Source: Candidatus Bathyarchaeia archaeon (lineage in GTDB: Archaea; Thermoproteota; Bathyarchaeia; Bathyarchaeales; Bathycorpusculaceae). Taken from it: a stretch of DNA of 64,000 nucleotides. Every line of letters begins with the position of its first letter. Positions within the stretch are counted from its first letter, which is position 1. Where the stretch lies: assembly GCA_049521795.1 (NCBI GenBank), contig JBEKOM010000001.1, positions 544,001 to 608,000 of the forward strand. Direction: 5' to 3'. Made by a program: the position numbers and the translations under genes. The notes beneath the pieces are model-generated. The model made no database searches and was not told where the DNA came from. It saw nothing but the letters and a program-made list of their open reading frames with translations. Below, one piece after another: positions 17,212 through 27,609 of the stretch.

Positions 17212-19647
17212 CTAACTTCCTTCCAAAGCTTTCTTAAAGACTTCTTTGGCCTTTTCAATTTCCTCTGGCTTGACTTTGTCCACTGTCGACTTCATCTCGC
17301 GGATTTTTGAAGCGAACTTTTCGCCCTCGGCGGCTGAACACCATAGAAGCTGTAGTCTTTCCTTGTTCAGTCCGGTCTGCTCCATCTTCTTCCAGAATCG
17401 TTCCACCCGCTTTTGAGTTTGGTAGTTAGCGTTAATGTAGTGGCAGTCTCCGATGTGGCAGCCGCTAACCAAGACCGTTGCGGCTCCTCTTGCGAACGCT
17501 CTTTCAATAAACTTGGGTGCCACGCGGCCGGAACACATGGTTCTTATTATGCGCACGTTCGGCGGGTACTGCATTCTGCTGACTCCCGCGAAGTCTGCGC
17601 CCGCGTAGGAGCACCAGTTGCAGTTGAACGCCACGATCTTCTTGTCTGCGTCGTGCTCCGTGACGGCGTCTATCTGTCCGATTATCTGGTCATCAGTGAA
17701 ATGGCTCTGCGTGATCGCGCCGAAGGCGCATTCTGCTGCGCACGTTCCGCATCCACTGCAGGCAGCCTCGATGATTTCGATGCACTTCTTTTCCTTGTTG
17801 AGAATAATCGCGTTGTACGGGCAGACATTCACGCATAGTCCGCACGCTTTGCATTTTTCTGGAAAAACTATGGGCGTGATGGCTTCAACGGTCACTTTTC
17901 CTTTCGCCATCAGTATGCCTGCACGCGCTGCCGCCGCGCTTGCCTGGGTCACACTGTCCCTTATGTCCTTGGGAGACTCGGCGCAGCCGGCGAAGAAGAC
18001 GCCGCCTGTTGCAGCGTCCACGGGCCTCAGCTTGGGGTGTGCTTCCAAGAAGAAACCATCCTGGTTTCTTGACAGCGTCAACAGACGCTGGATCATCTCG
18101 CTGTCCTTTCTGGCTTCTAAGCCTACTGAGAGAATGGCCATGTCAGCTCTTATCCTGTAAACTTCGTTTTTCAGTGTGTTCTCTCCGATGAGCCAAAGAT
18201 TGTGGGTTTTCCTGTTCTCCTTTATCTCTGCTGGCAACCCGCGAATGAACACGACGCCCTCTCCTCTGGCCCGTTTGTAAAGGTCTTCGAAGCCTTTTCC
18301 GTAGGCTCTTATGTCAACGTAGAACACGTAGATCTCGGTGTCCGGCCAGTGCTCCTTGATGAGCAAGCTGTCCTTAATTGTGTTCATGCAGCAGACATTG
18401 CTGCAGTAAAGCTTTCCAGCCTTGTCCGAACGGGAGCCCACGCACTGGACGAACGCTACGCGTTTCGGAATCTGTTTGTCACTGGGCCTTATCAGGTGTC
18501 CGCCTGACGGGCCGCCTGCGTTGATTAACCTCTCGAACTCGAGTGAGGTGATGACGTTTGGAAACTTGCCGTAGCCATAGTTGGGCAACACTGAAGGGTC
18601 AAAAACGTCTGCGCCCGTCGCGACTATTATCGTGCCAACTTCGACCTCTTGGGTTTCAGGCTTCATCTCGAACTTTATCGCTTGCCTTTCGCATGCTTTA
18701 ATGCACTTGTCGCAAACGATCACGCCTTCCTTGTTGAGGCAGAGGTTCATGTCAACAATGTACGTGGACGGAACCGCCTGCGCAAACGGTGTGAAAATCC
18801 CGTGTCTTGTGGCTAATCCCACGTCAAACTCGTTTGGAGCAACTATCGGGCAGACTGTCACGCATTCTCTGCAGGCTGAACAGTCCTTAGTGACGTAGCG
18901 TGGTTTCTTGAGCACTTTAACGTGGAAGTTGCCGATGTACCCCTTCACCTCCGTAACTTCGCTGTTGGTCAACAACTCAATGTTCGGATGATGGCCCACA
19001 TCGGACATTTTTGGCGCCAGTATGCAAATCGAGCAGTCCATCGTTGGGAAAGTCTTGTCTATACGCGCCATCATCCCGCCTATGCTGGGCTCTTTCTCAA
19101 CCACGTACACGCTGTAACCAGTGTCCGCAAGGTCCAGAGCAGCTTGGATACCAGCAACTCCACCGCCTATGACCAGAGCCTTTCGGGTGATCGGCACTTC
19201 AGCCTCTATTGCGGGCTGAAGCAAAGCAGCCTTAGCCACGGCCATCTTAACCAAGTCTTTGGCCTTTTCTGTAGCTGCCTCGCGGTCGTGGAGGTGAACC
19301 CAACTGCAGTGTTCACGGATGTTGGCCATTTCGAAAAGGTACTTGTTGAGTCCCGCTTCTTCGCATGCTTTCCTGAAGGTCGGTTCGTGAAGCCTGGGGG
19401 AGCACGATGCAACCACAACTCGATTTAGCCTCTGCTCTTTGATGTCCTTCTTTATGCCTGCCTGACCCTGATCTGAACACGTGTAACGGTTATCCTGAGC
19501 CAGGACAACGTGCGGCAACGTGCCCGCAAACTTTGCTACTTCAGCGCAGTCCACGGAGCCAGCGATGTTCAAGCCACAGTGGCAGACGTACACTCCTATG
19601 CGAGGTTCTTCTTTCTGTTTTGACTGTGGTTCCTTGTTTTCTGGCAT
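17212..19647 (-). CDS. hdrA: Heterodisulfide reductase subunit A fused to a C-terminal MvhD [2Fe-2S] domain
   Basis: GVYVCHCG, CSPRLHE, NIRE, GGGVAG, KTFPTMDC, QCVGSR, CSNVCC; C-terminal FNCNWCSY...MCSGR...GCHIGDCHY is MvhD. Confidence 0.95.
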   Translation of the reverse strand: MPENKEPQSKQKEEPRIGVYVCHCGLNIAGSVDCAEVAKFAGTLPHVVLAQDNRYTCSDQGQAGIKKDIKEQRLNRVVVASCSPRLHEPTFRKACEEAGLNKYLFEMANIREHCSWVHLHDREAATEKAKDLVKMAVAKAALLQPAIEAEVPITRKALVIGGGVAGIQAALDLADTGYSVYVVEKEPSIGGMMARIDKTFPTMDCSICILAPKMSDVGHHPNIELLTNSEVTEVKGYIGNFHVKVLKKPRYVTKDCSACRECVTVCPIVAPNEFDVGLATRHGIFTPFAQAVPSTYIVDMNLCLNKEGVIVCDKCIKACERQAIKFEMKPETQEVEVGTIIVATGADVFDPSVLPNYGYGKFPNVITSLEFERLINAGGPSGGHLIRPSDKQIPKRVAFVQCVGSRSDKAGKLYCSNVCCMNTIKDSLLIKEHWPDTEIYVFYVDIRAYGKGFEDLYKRARGEGVVFIRGLPAEIKENRKTHNLWLIGENTLKNEVYRIRADMAILSVGLEARKDSEMIQRLLTLSRNQDGFFLEAHPKLRPVDAATGGVFFAGCAESPKDIRDSVTQASAAAARAGILMAKGKVTVEAITPIVFPEKCKACGLCVNVCPYNAIILNKEKKCIEIIEAACSGCGTCAAECAFGAITQSHFTDDQIIGQIDAVTEHDADKKIVAFNCNWCSYAGADFAGVSRMQYPPNVRIIRTMCSGRVAPKFIERAFARGAATVLVSGCHIGDCHYINANYQTQKRVERFWKKMEQTGLNKERLQLLWCSAAEGEKFASKIREMKSTVDKVKPEEIEKAKEVFKKALEGS

Positions 19648-19651
19648 CAGT

Positions 19652-21088
19652 TTATCCTTCTCTCAAAGGTTTCATGTGGTTCTCAATCGATTCTGCCGCG
19701 CGTTTTCCATCTCGGATTGCCTCTATCACGGAAGCTGGTCCGCTAACGGTGTCTCCGCCTCCGAAAACTCCTGGCAGGCTGGTCTCCATCGTTATCGGGT
19801 CCACCCAGAGCGTTCCATCTTCGTTTAACTCAACATCTTTCGGCAAAAACGCGAGATCAGGAGATTCGCCTATCGCAAGAATAACCATGTCCGTTTCCCG
19901 CTTGAACTCCGACCCTTCCACCGGAATCGCCTTTCTCCGGCCAGTTTCATCTGGCTCACCCAGCTGCATGCGGACGCACTCAATCGCGCAGACTTTGTCG
20001 TTTTCACCCAGAATCTTCTTGGGCGAGACGAGAAATTCGATTTTCACCCCTTCATGTTCAGCCTCTTCAACTTCGCGTGGGTTTGCGGGCATTTCATCCT
20101 CGGACCTGCGGTAAAGAATAGCTACTTCGTTTGCTCCGAGGCAGCGTGCTGTTCTAGCCGCGTCCACGGCAACGTTTCCTCCGCCTACCACAACGACGCT
20201 TTTTCCAACGTCGACCTTCTTACCGAGGTTCGAGTCCCACAGAAAATCAAGAGCGTTAGTCACTCCTTTCAAGTCCGAGCCTTCAGCCTTCAGTTTTTGA
20301 CTCCTGTGGGCTCCTGCGCCTATGAAAACCGTCTTGTAACCTTCTTTCTTCAAATCCGCAAAGCCCATGTCCTTGCCAATCTTGATGCCCGTTTTGATTT
20401 CCACGCCTAGGTTCTTTATGAACTGAATCTCTTTGGCAACGACCTGTTTTGGCAAGCGATTCTGCGGTATGCCTTTCCTCAGCATCCCGCCTGGTTCTGA
20501 AAGAGCTTCAAAAACTGTGACCGCGTATCCTTTTCGTCTCAACTCGTAGGCAACGGTGAGTCCAGCAGGGCCAGAACCGATGACCGCAACTTTCTCCTTC
20601 GCAGACTTCGTTGCTTTCTCTCTCTTCTTCATCTTGAACAATTCTTCCCGCATTTGCTCAATTTTCTCCAAGACAGTCTCCTTTTTCAGTCCAGCACGTT
20701 CTGGATGAAAACAGACTAAGGTCGTCACAAGTGGAAGGGGAACATTTTCTACGATCTTCTGAAGGGCTTTGTCAAAGGCTTGCGTGTGCCCTTGGGTTAC
20801 TGCAGTTGACCGCATGAGCAAGAATATTTCTGGCAGGTTCAATGCTTGGGGGCAACGGTTGTGACATCGATAACACCATGCGCAGGCCCATATTGCCTCC
20901 GAGGCCAAGACTTTTTCAGGGTTCGAGTAGATGTCTTCGAGAAGTCGTCTGGGGCTGTACTCGTTTCCCAGCATCTCAGCCATAGAACAGCTGGCTGTGC
21001 AGATGCCGCATTCAAAGCAGTTTTTCAGCTTCTTGGCGTCCAGTATTTTTTCTACGACTTCTTTGGTGATGGAGGTTGAGCTTTCCAA
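19652..21088 (-). CDS. HdrC-like [4Fe-4S] domain fused to a GltD/NfnB-like NAD(P)H-dependent FAD oxidoreductase
   Basis: CFECGICTASC and WACAWCYRCHNRCP (HdrC type), then GSGPAG, GGGNVAVD-x-AR, YRR, GGDTVSG; TTG start at 21088 below a TTTTATAT box. Confidence 0.85.
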   Translation of the reverse strand: MESSTSITKEVVEKILDAKKLKNCFECGICTASCSMAEMLGNEYSPRRLLEDIYSNPEKVLASEAIWACAWCYRCHNRCPQALNLPEIFLLMRSTAVTQGHTQAFDKALQKIVENVPLPLVTTLVCFHPERAGLKKETVLEKIEQMREELFKMKKREKATKSAKEKVAVIGSGPAGLTVAYELRRKGYAVTVFEALSEPGGMLRKGIPQNRLPKQVVAKEIQFIKNLGVEIKTGIKIGKDMGFADLKKEGYKTVFIGAGAHRSQKLKAEGSDLKGVTNALDFLWDSNLGKKVDVGKSVVVVGGGNVAVDAARTARCLGANEVAILYRRSEDEMPANPREVEEAEHEGVKIEFLVSPKKILGENDKVCAIECVRMQLGEPDETGRRKAIPVEGSEFKRETDMVILAIGESPDLAFLPKDVELNEDGTLWVDPITMETSLPGVFGGGDTVSGPASVIEAIRDGKRAAESIENHMKPLREG

Positions 21089-21215
21089 CGCCGTGGGCCC
21101 TCTCAAGTACTGGGGTTGCCAGAGATATAAAAGTTTACAAACGTAAAGGTTTTGAATGAACATACGAGCCGCGAGTTGTTTCGAGTGCACTTTATATGAT
21201 GAGACACAATAGAGC

Positions 21216-22274
21216 ATGAACCTAAAGGAGAAGGTTTCGGTGGAAAAAGTGAAGGTCCTATCCTACGGCGTAGGCGTCGTCGGCGGTTACATCGCGAAAT
21301 ACTTGCTTGAAAAAGAAGGAGTGCAAGTCATCGGTGCAGTCGACGTCGCCAAGGACAAGGTCGGCAGGGACCTGGGCGAAGTTCTTGGGCTTAAAAAGAG
21401 AGTTGGTGTAACAGTCTGTGGCAACATCGATTCAGCCCTTTCGACGGTTAAAGCTGACATTGCAGTTCACACTACATCTTCCTACCTGAAGGACACCTTT
21501 GTACAAATAGCCTCAATCATGGAACACGGAGTCAACGTCATATCAACCTGCGAAGAGCTGTCTTATCCATACGTTTCTGAACCAAGGCTTGCGAAAAAGC
21601 TTGACGCCTTGGCCAAGAAGCACGACGTGACGGTCTTGGGAACGGGCATAAACCCGGGCTTTCTCATGGATGCTCTTGTCATAACGCTGACCGCGCCATG
21701 TCAGAAGATAGAGAAGATCGAGGCAGTCAGAGTCATGAACGCTGCTACGAGGCGTTTACCCTTCCAGAAGAAGATAGGTGCCGGTCTGTCAGTTCAAGAG
21801 TTCACGCGGAAGATCGCGAACAAACAGATCACGGGCCATGTTGGTCTTGAGCAATCCATCGCCATGATCGCTGACGCTTTAGCTTGGAAACTCGACAAAA
21901 TGGTCGTGCAGCCCGCAGAGGCGGTGATCGCAAAGAAACCTGTCGAGAGCAAAGACATAAGGGTCAGCGCAGGAAAAGTGGCCGGTCTTAAACAAAAAGC
22001 AAAAGGCATTGCCAAAGACAAAGAAGTCATAGTCTTAGACTTCAGGGCTTACATAGGGGCTGAAGAAGAGTACGACGCAGTAACGATCAAGGGCGTGCCA
22101 GAAATCAGACAGAGAATAAGTCCATGCGTACATGGCGACTTGGGAACAGTAGCGATGATCGTCAACTCGATTCCGAAAGTGATCAACGCGCCTGCTGGCT
22201 TGTTTACGATGAAGGACCTGCCCGTTCCGTCGGCTGCACTCGAAGACATGCGAAAATACATGAAAACAGTTTGA
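21216..22274 (+). CDS. 2,4-diaminopentanoate dehydrogenase / DapB-like NAD(P)-dependent amine dehydrogenase
   Basis: YGVGVVG Rossmann motif, NVISTCEE, LGTGINPGF, GHVGL, HGD-x-GT. Confidence 0.8.
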   Translation: MNLKEKVSVEKVKVLSYGVGVVGGYIAKYLLEKEGVQVIGAVDVAKDKVGRDLGEVLGLKKRVGVTVCGNIDSALSTVKADIAVHTTSSYLKDTFVQIASIMEHGVNVISTCEELSYPYVSEPRLAKKLDALAKKHDVTVLGTGINPGFLMDALVITLTAPCQKIEKIEAVRVMNAATRRLPFQKKIGAGLSVQEFTRKIANKQITGHVGLEQSIAMIADALAWKLDKMVVQPAEAVIAKKPVESKDIRVSAGKVAGLKQKAKGIAKDKEVIVLDFRAYIGAEEEYDAVTIKGVPEIRQRISPCVHGDLGTVAMIVNSIPKVINAPAGLFTMKDLPVPSAALEDMRKYMKTV

Positions 22275-22324
22275 GTCGGCAGAGCTACAGTATTTATCAA
22301 GCTCGTGGGTAACAGTTCTTCATC

Positions 22325-22798
22325 ATGGTGACAACCGTGACAAAGACAGCAGGGGTTCATGAAAAAGGAACAGTCTCTCTAGTAGACGTGATAAACAGCA
22401 CCAAGGGCAAACGGGGTTTTCGAAAAGCCGGAGCGATTGCAGTGTTTATCGGCGTCGTGCGAGGAGAGGCGTTAAAGGGTGAAAAAGTCCAGAGGCTGGA
22501 GCTGCAAGCATATCAGGAAAAGGCAGACCAGGTGCTCACGAACATCTGCGACGACCTGAAAAGAAAGCCCGGCATAGTCGACGTGCAAATCCACCATCTA
22601 CTCGGTGAATTCCACGTTGGTGAGGACATCGTCTATGTTCTCGTTACAGGTTCTCATCGTGAAGAGGTTTTCCCTGTTCTGGAAGAGGCGGTTGAAAGGT
22701 ACAAGAAAGACGCACCTATCTTCAAGAAAGAATCAGTCACGACTGTGAAGGGCGAGAAAAGGGCTTACTGGTTGGAAGAACGAGAGAGCCATCGGTAA
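22325..22798 (+). CDS. moaE: Molybdopterin synthase catalytic subunit
   Basis: GAIAVFIGVVR, HR-x-E-x-F, KKDAPIFKKE, terminal W. Confidence 0.9.
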   Translation: MVTTVTKTAGVHEKGTVSLVDVINSTKGKRGFRKAGAIAVFIGVVRGEALKGEKVQRLELQAYQEKADQVLTNICDDLKRKPGIVDVQIHHLLGEFHVGEDIVYVLVTGSHREEVFPVLEEAVERYKKDAPIFKKESVTTVKGEKRAYWLEERESHR

Positions 22799-22843
22799 AA
22801 CTGTAATGAAACATTAGTTGCGTAACGAAACACTTAATCGTCC

Positions 22844-24656
22844 GTGCCTGTTTTTGAAGATAAGATGATTCATGTGACGAAGGCAAGCATTGCCTGGGAC
22901 CTGTCTGAGATTTTTCCGAGCACCACAGACCCCTCAGTCCAAGAATCCATCGATCACGTCACCAAAATGGCCGAGCAGTTTGCGGAGAAATACCAAGGAA
23001 AAATCAGAGGTCTGTCGGCAAAGGGTCTCCTAGAGTGCATCGAGGAGTTTGAGGTCTGTCAAGCCGAGCTCGGTGATATTTCCTTGTTTGCTGGCTTGGC
23101 GTTTGCGGCAGATATGACGTTGCCCGCCACTCAGATGCTTCACGACAAAGTGACGAAGACCGAGGCGAAATTGGGCAAGATGCTCGCGTTCTTTGAGCTT
23201 GAAGTTGGAGCTCTGGTTTCCCAAAAGCCAAGAATCTTCCTTGATCCGATGCTGACGAACTATGCGCACAGTTTGGAGAGACTTAAGCGAGAAGCCACCC
23301 ACAGGCTGTCTGAAGTTGAAGAGCAGCTGATCATCGAGAAAGACCAGTTTGGAGTTAAAGCTTGGGAAGAGTTGCAAAACAAGTGGCTCAACACTCGGAC
23401 GTTCGAAGTTGAAGTCGAAGGCAAGAAGAAGACAATTTCATTTGGCGAAGCGGGCGCCTTGCTGCCTCATCCTGACCGAGCCACTCGGGAGTCAGCAAAC
23501 AAATCGATTTACGGGCTTCTGGGAGAGGTCGGAGAGGTGTTCGCATCAGCTCTCAGAAACATCTGCAACGACTGGTTGAACATCTGCGAGAGAAGGAAAT
23601 ACGATTCTCCAATTGATGCGAGCATAATCGCAAACGATGTTGAGGAGCAAACTATCGAAAACCTGCTGAAGACAGTTGCGGACCACACCAGTCTCTACCA
23701 AAGATATCTAAGGCTAAAAGCCCGGCTTATGGAGCTTCCGAAACTCGGTTGCCACGACATAATTGCACCTTTACCGAATACCCCGCGCATGAAGTTTGAC
23801 TATGACAGGGCAAAGGATCTGATCATCCAAGCCTACAGCAAGTTCGATCAAGACTACGCCTTTGCCGTCAAAGACATGTATGCCAAAAACCACATGGATG
23901 CCTCACCAAGATTTGGCAAGCAAAACGGAGCCTTCAGCGCAAGCTGGTACAACGGAAAATCCGCCTTCATACTCAGCAGCCACAACGATACTCTGCGTGA
24001 CGTCTACACTCTCGCCCACGAACTCGGCCACGCGACTCATGACTATTATTCTCAACGGAGCCAGACAATCCTGAACCTTAAAATACCAATGGTCGTAGCG
24101 GAAACCGCTTCAACATTCGGCGAGTTACTGCTCACCGACCTTCTGCTCAGCAAAGCAGGGTCGGACAATGAAAAGAAAGCGATTCTCTGCTCAGTCCTTG
24201 ATGGGGCAGGAAGCATAATCTTCAGGGCAACAGCAAGAGCATGGTTTGAACAGAAGTTGTATGATGAGATCCGGAAAGGAGAATACCTGAACTATGAAGC
24301 CATATGCAACCATTGGAAGGAAGCAAGGGCCATGATCTTCAGCAACTCCGTAGAATGGTTTGATGAGTTGGAAGCAGAATGGACTGTACCGCCACACTAT
24401 TACATGGCCAACTTCAGATTTTACAATTACCCATACGTGTATGCCCAACTGTTCGTCTATGCCCTCTATCAGAAATACTTGGAAGAAGGCAGAGTTTGTT
24501 CCCAAACTCAAGAGAATCCTTTCAGCAGGCAGCAGCATATCTCCAAGAGAGATCGGCAAGATCGTCGGTCTTGACATAACCGACGTAAATTTCTGGAAAC
24601 TCGGAATGAACCAATACGAACATTTTCTCGCAGAACTCGAGAAGATCGCCAATTAG
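22844..24656 (+). pseudogene. pepF: M3 oligoendopeptidase F with a frameshift near the C-terminus (pseudogene or sequence error)
   Basis: WDLS, HELGH, AETAS, HYY...FYNYPY; expected tail EFVPKLKRILSAGSS...DITDVNFW continues in the +1 frame from about 24492. Confidence 0.85.
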
Positions 24657-25125
24657 AGAGCACATCGATGCCGCTGATGGAGGATTTAAGAAACAAATGT
24701 GCGCTAAAGCAAAGAGGATTTGCTAGCAGAACGCAAGAGTCCTCAACGATTGCAAAAGTGCAAAAGGTTCTAGCGATTTTTCTATATAGAATAGATAGCT
24801 TTTGATAGAATATTTGGAAATTCCAAATATGCAAGGACTCCGATGTTTGTACGCGGAGGTACTGCGATGCAAAGAAGCAGCAGAAAAAGGAAACAGGATG
24901 AAAAACTGAGTGATCCCTGGTACTTTACGCATTCTTGAGGTTGACCTCTTCAATGCTGAACGAAGTCAAGGAAGATCGTGCACATCCAAACAAGAGAAAA
25001 GCCAAAGAACCGGCGACGAGACCAAACGCAGAGGTCATTGATTGGTTTTTGGCCATAGACTTGATACACGTATAATGATATGCGGATCAAGTTTCCAACG
25101 TAAATAGATTACAATAGAAACAGTC

Positions 25126-26202
25126 TCATTTTCTTTGAAACTGCCGACTTATGACAGATTCTACAGTCAGATTGAGGACAATTTCCCCGATGTCGGACGC
25201 GTATTCCGCTGTTCTTCTAACGCTTTCTATGATCAATCGGACGTTTGCAGCTTCTTCGACACCGATTTCCTGAGCCGCCAAAACAGCCTCTTTTTCCATG
25301 GCAAGGATGCCCTTCGTCTTTTCGATGGCATTCTCCGCAAGTTCAAAATCTCGTTTGAACAGAGATTCTATCGCGTTTTCAAAGATTGAAATGGCCAGTG
25401 AGCTCATGTCAAGAATCTTCTTGAGAATTCTCTCGTCGAGATGCTTCTTCAAAGGCAGAACATTTTCGGCGATGCTGACAGCGTGATCAGCCGTTCTTTC
25501 AACTGACTTGGTTACGAGCCGGTATCCGAGACATTCTCTTGCGTTAGCCAATCCTGTTTCTTTTATGATTGTTGGATTCTGTATAGCCATCTTAAGCTGA
25601 CGAATCACGTACAGGTTAAACCGGTCAACTTCATTATCAGTTGCCATAACCTCTTTTGCAAGCTGATGGTCCCCCTTCTGGAGAGCCACTATTGCGTCCT
25701 TGTGCATCGAAGCCGTGATTATTGCCATTCTTCGCAAGGCACTTTGCACGGAAAGCTCAGGATAGCTCAGCAGGACTTGTAATATCAACTCTGCAGGCGT
25801 ATCTGCAACTATCTCGGTTCCCACGAGCAGATCGCGCGCAAAGCTCTTCAATGAACTCCGTTGCTTTGAAGAGAGCTGCTGTCCGTCCTTGGCTTTGATG
25901 TGCACTGTGTTGTAACCGACCAGGTAGGCAGAAACTGTTTTCCGAATTATCGGGTCAGGCTGGTCCTTTGGCGAAACCATGACGTAGGCCTCTTGCAGTG
26001 GTTCTTGTTTTGCCAAGTCTGACGGCATTATTGACAATGATCCATCGTCTTCTGAACGTACGAGAATCGTACTACTCTTCTTCAGTTGATTCTGAATTAT
26101 CCATTTCTTTGGTAGAGAGATTACGTACGTTGAACCGCCTGTCAGCTGAAGTCTTCTCGTTTCTCCTTCCTGTTTTCTCGAAGCAGATGCCAGTCTACTC
26201 AT
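25126..26202 (-). CDS. AbrB-PhoU fusion phosphate uptake regulator
   Basis: RRLQLTGGSTYVISLPKKW (AbrB) plus DNEVDR and ERTADHA PhoU repeats; divergent from pstS. Confidence 0.93.
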   Translation of the reverse strand: MSRLASASRKQEGETRRLQLTGGSTYVISLPKKWIIQNQLKKSSTILVRSEDDGSLSIMPSDLAKQEPLQEAYVMVSPKDQPDPIIRKTVSAYLVGYNTVHIKAKDGQQLSSKQRSSLKSFARDLLVGTEIVADTPAELILQVLLSYPELSVQSALRRMAIITASMHKDAIVALQKGDHQLAKEVMATDNEVDRFNLYVIRQLKMAIQNPTIIKETGLANARECLGYRLVTKSVERTADHAVSIAENVLPLKKHLDERILKKILDMSSLAISIFENAIESLFKRDFELAENAIEKTKGILAMEKEAVLAAQEIGVEEAANVRLIIESVRRTAEYASDIGEIVLNLTVESVISRQFQRK

Positions 26203-26220
26203 ATTTATAGTCCAATACAA

Positions 26221-26282
26221 TCTATTTATTAAATGTTTGTCTATATAGTTTATAAAGAATATATAAGCAACCTATATAATTA
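26221..26282. promoter_or_regulatory. AT-rich divergent promoter with helically phased TATATA repeats (candidate Pho box)
   Basis: CTATATAG / TTATAAAG / ATATATAAG / CCTATATAAT spaced about 10 bp apart between regulator and pstS. Confidence 0.5.
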
Positions 26283-26400
26283 CCCCCGACCACCTTAGAA
26301 TCGAAAAAATAAAGCAAAACGATGAGATGTCAAGTATGAACTCAAAAGTGGTAGCACACGCAGAAACGGTCACTACAACGCAATTAAAGAAGGTGGAAAA

Positions 26401-27528
26401 ATGAGGTACAGAATTGCTATTGCAATAGTTGCAATCGTTGTCATAGTAGGGAGTATTTCTGCCTACGCGTATCTACAATCGGTCTCCCAAACGACGCCAT
26501 CGAACAACCCGACACCAATAACGCTAAACGGTGCAGGGGCCACATTCCCGTACCCGCTGTTATCCGTGATGAATTCGCACTATCATGAACAAAACACCAG
26601 CGTCTCGATCAACTATCAACCGATAGGAAGTGGAGGCGGTATCTCGGATCTCGAGAACAAGTTAGTCGATTTCGCTGCCTCAGATGCGCCACTCGGTCCA
26701 GCTGATATCGCGAAAGCAAATAGCTCACTTCACATTCCAGAGACAATCGGCGCCGTCACAATTGCATACAATCTACCAGGCATCGCAACTGGCCTTCACT
26801 TGACTGGCAAGGTCATCGCTGACATCTTTGATGGCAACGTGACGATGTGGAACGATGCAGAGATACAAAACCTCAATTCAAACGTGACGTTACCGGCCAA
26901 GAGCATATTTCCCGTTCACCGGTCAGATGGCTCCGGAACAACTTTCATCTTCACCGGCTACTTAAGCGTGTCCAGTTCTGTTTGGAACCAGACCATTGGA
27001 CAGGGCAAGACGGTTGCTTGGCCCGGTGGGAGCCTCGGCGCGAGCGGCAATGCCGGAGTGGCACAAGACGTCAATAACACTCAGTACACCATTGGGTATG
27101 TCGAGTTGGCCTACGCTCTGCAGAATGCTATGACAGTAGCAGCGGTTCAGAACCCGACGGGCAACTGGATTCTACCTTCCCTCAACACCATCCAGCTAGC
27201 TGTACAAACAGCGGCTTCAAGCGGCCTACCAGCAGGCAATCAGAGTTGGACAAACGTAAGTCTTCTCAACGCCAACGACTCGGAAGCTTATCCGATAGTC
27301 AGCTTCACCTATCTATTAGTGTATCAAGAACTCAACGTAGTCCCAGGAATGACGCAGGCTAGGGCAACAGCTCTTGTTCAATACCTTTGGTGGGTGGTAC
27401 AACCAAACGGCGGCCAGCAGTATTCAACAAGCTTGGAATACGTGCCACTTCCAGCGAACGTAGTACAGATTGATGAAGCCACTATTCAGTCAATAACCTT
27501 CAACGAACAACATCTACCTACGAGCTAA
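26401..27528 (+). CDS. pstS: Phosphate ABC transporter substrate-binding protein
   Basis: GAGATFP, GSGGG, DFAASD, HRSDGSGTT, IGYVE, YPIVSFTY. Confidence 0.96.
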   Translation: MRYRIAIAIVAIVVIVGSISAYAYLQSVSQTTPSNNPTPITLNGAGATFPYPLLSVMNSHYHEQNTSVSINYQPIGSGGGISDLENKLVDFAASDAPLGPADIAKANSSLHIPETIGAVTIAYNLPGIATGLHLTGKVIADIFDGNVTMWNDAEIQNLNSNVTLPAKSIFPVHRSDGSGTTFIFTGYLSVSSSVWNQTIGQGKTVAWPGGSLGASGNAGVAQDVNNTQYTIGYVELAYALQNAMTVAAVQNPTGNWILPSLNTIQLAVQTAASSGLPAGNQSWTNVSLLNANDSEAYPIVSFTYLLVYQELNVVPGMTQARATALVQYLWWVVQPNGGQQYSTSLEYVPLPANVVQIDEATIQSITFNEQHLPTS

Positions 27529-27609
27529 TAGCGTGTTGGGAATTGTCAGACACAACTACCCAAAATCTTTTTCTAAACTCGATCTCAGCACGGATGAGGA
27601 CAGGTTGAC

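Noticed and set aside
21089-21217. N-terminal 43 aa of the 521-aa ORF
   Set aside because: Runs through the divergent promoter region; TTG at 21088 downstream of a TATA box is the better start.
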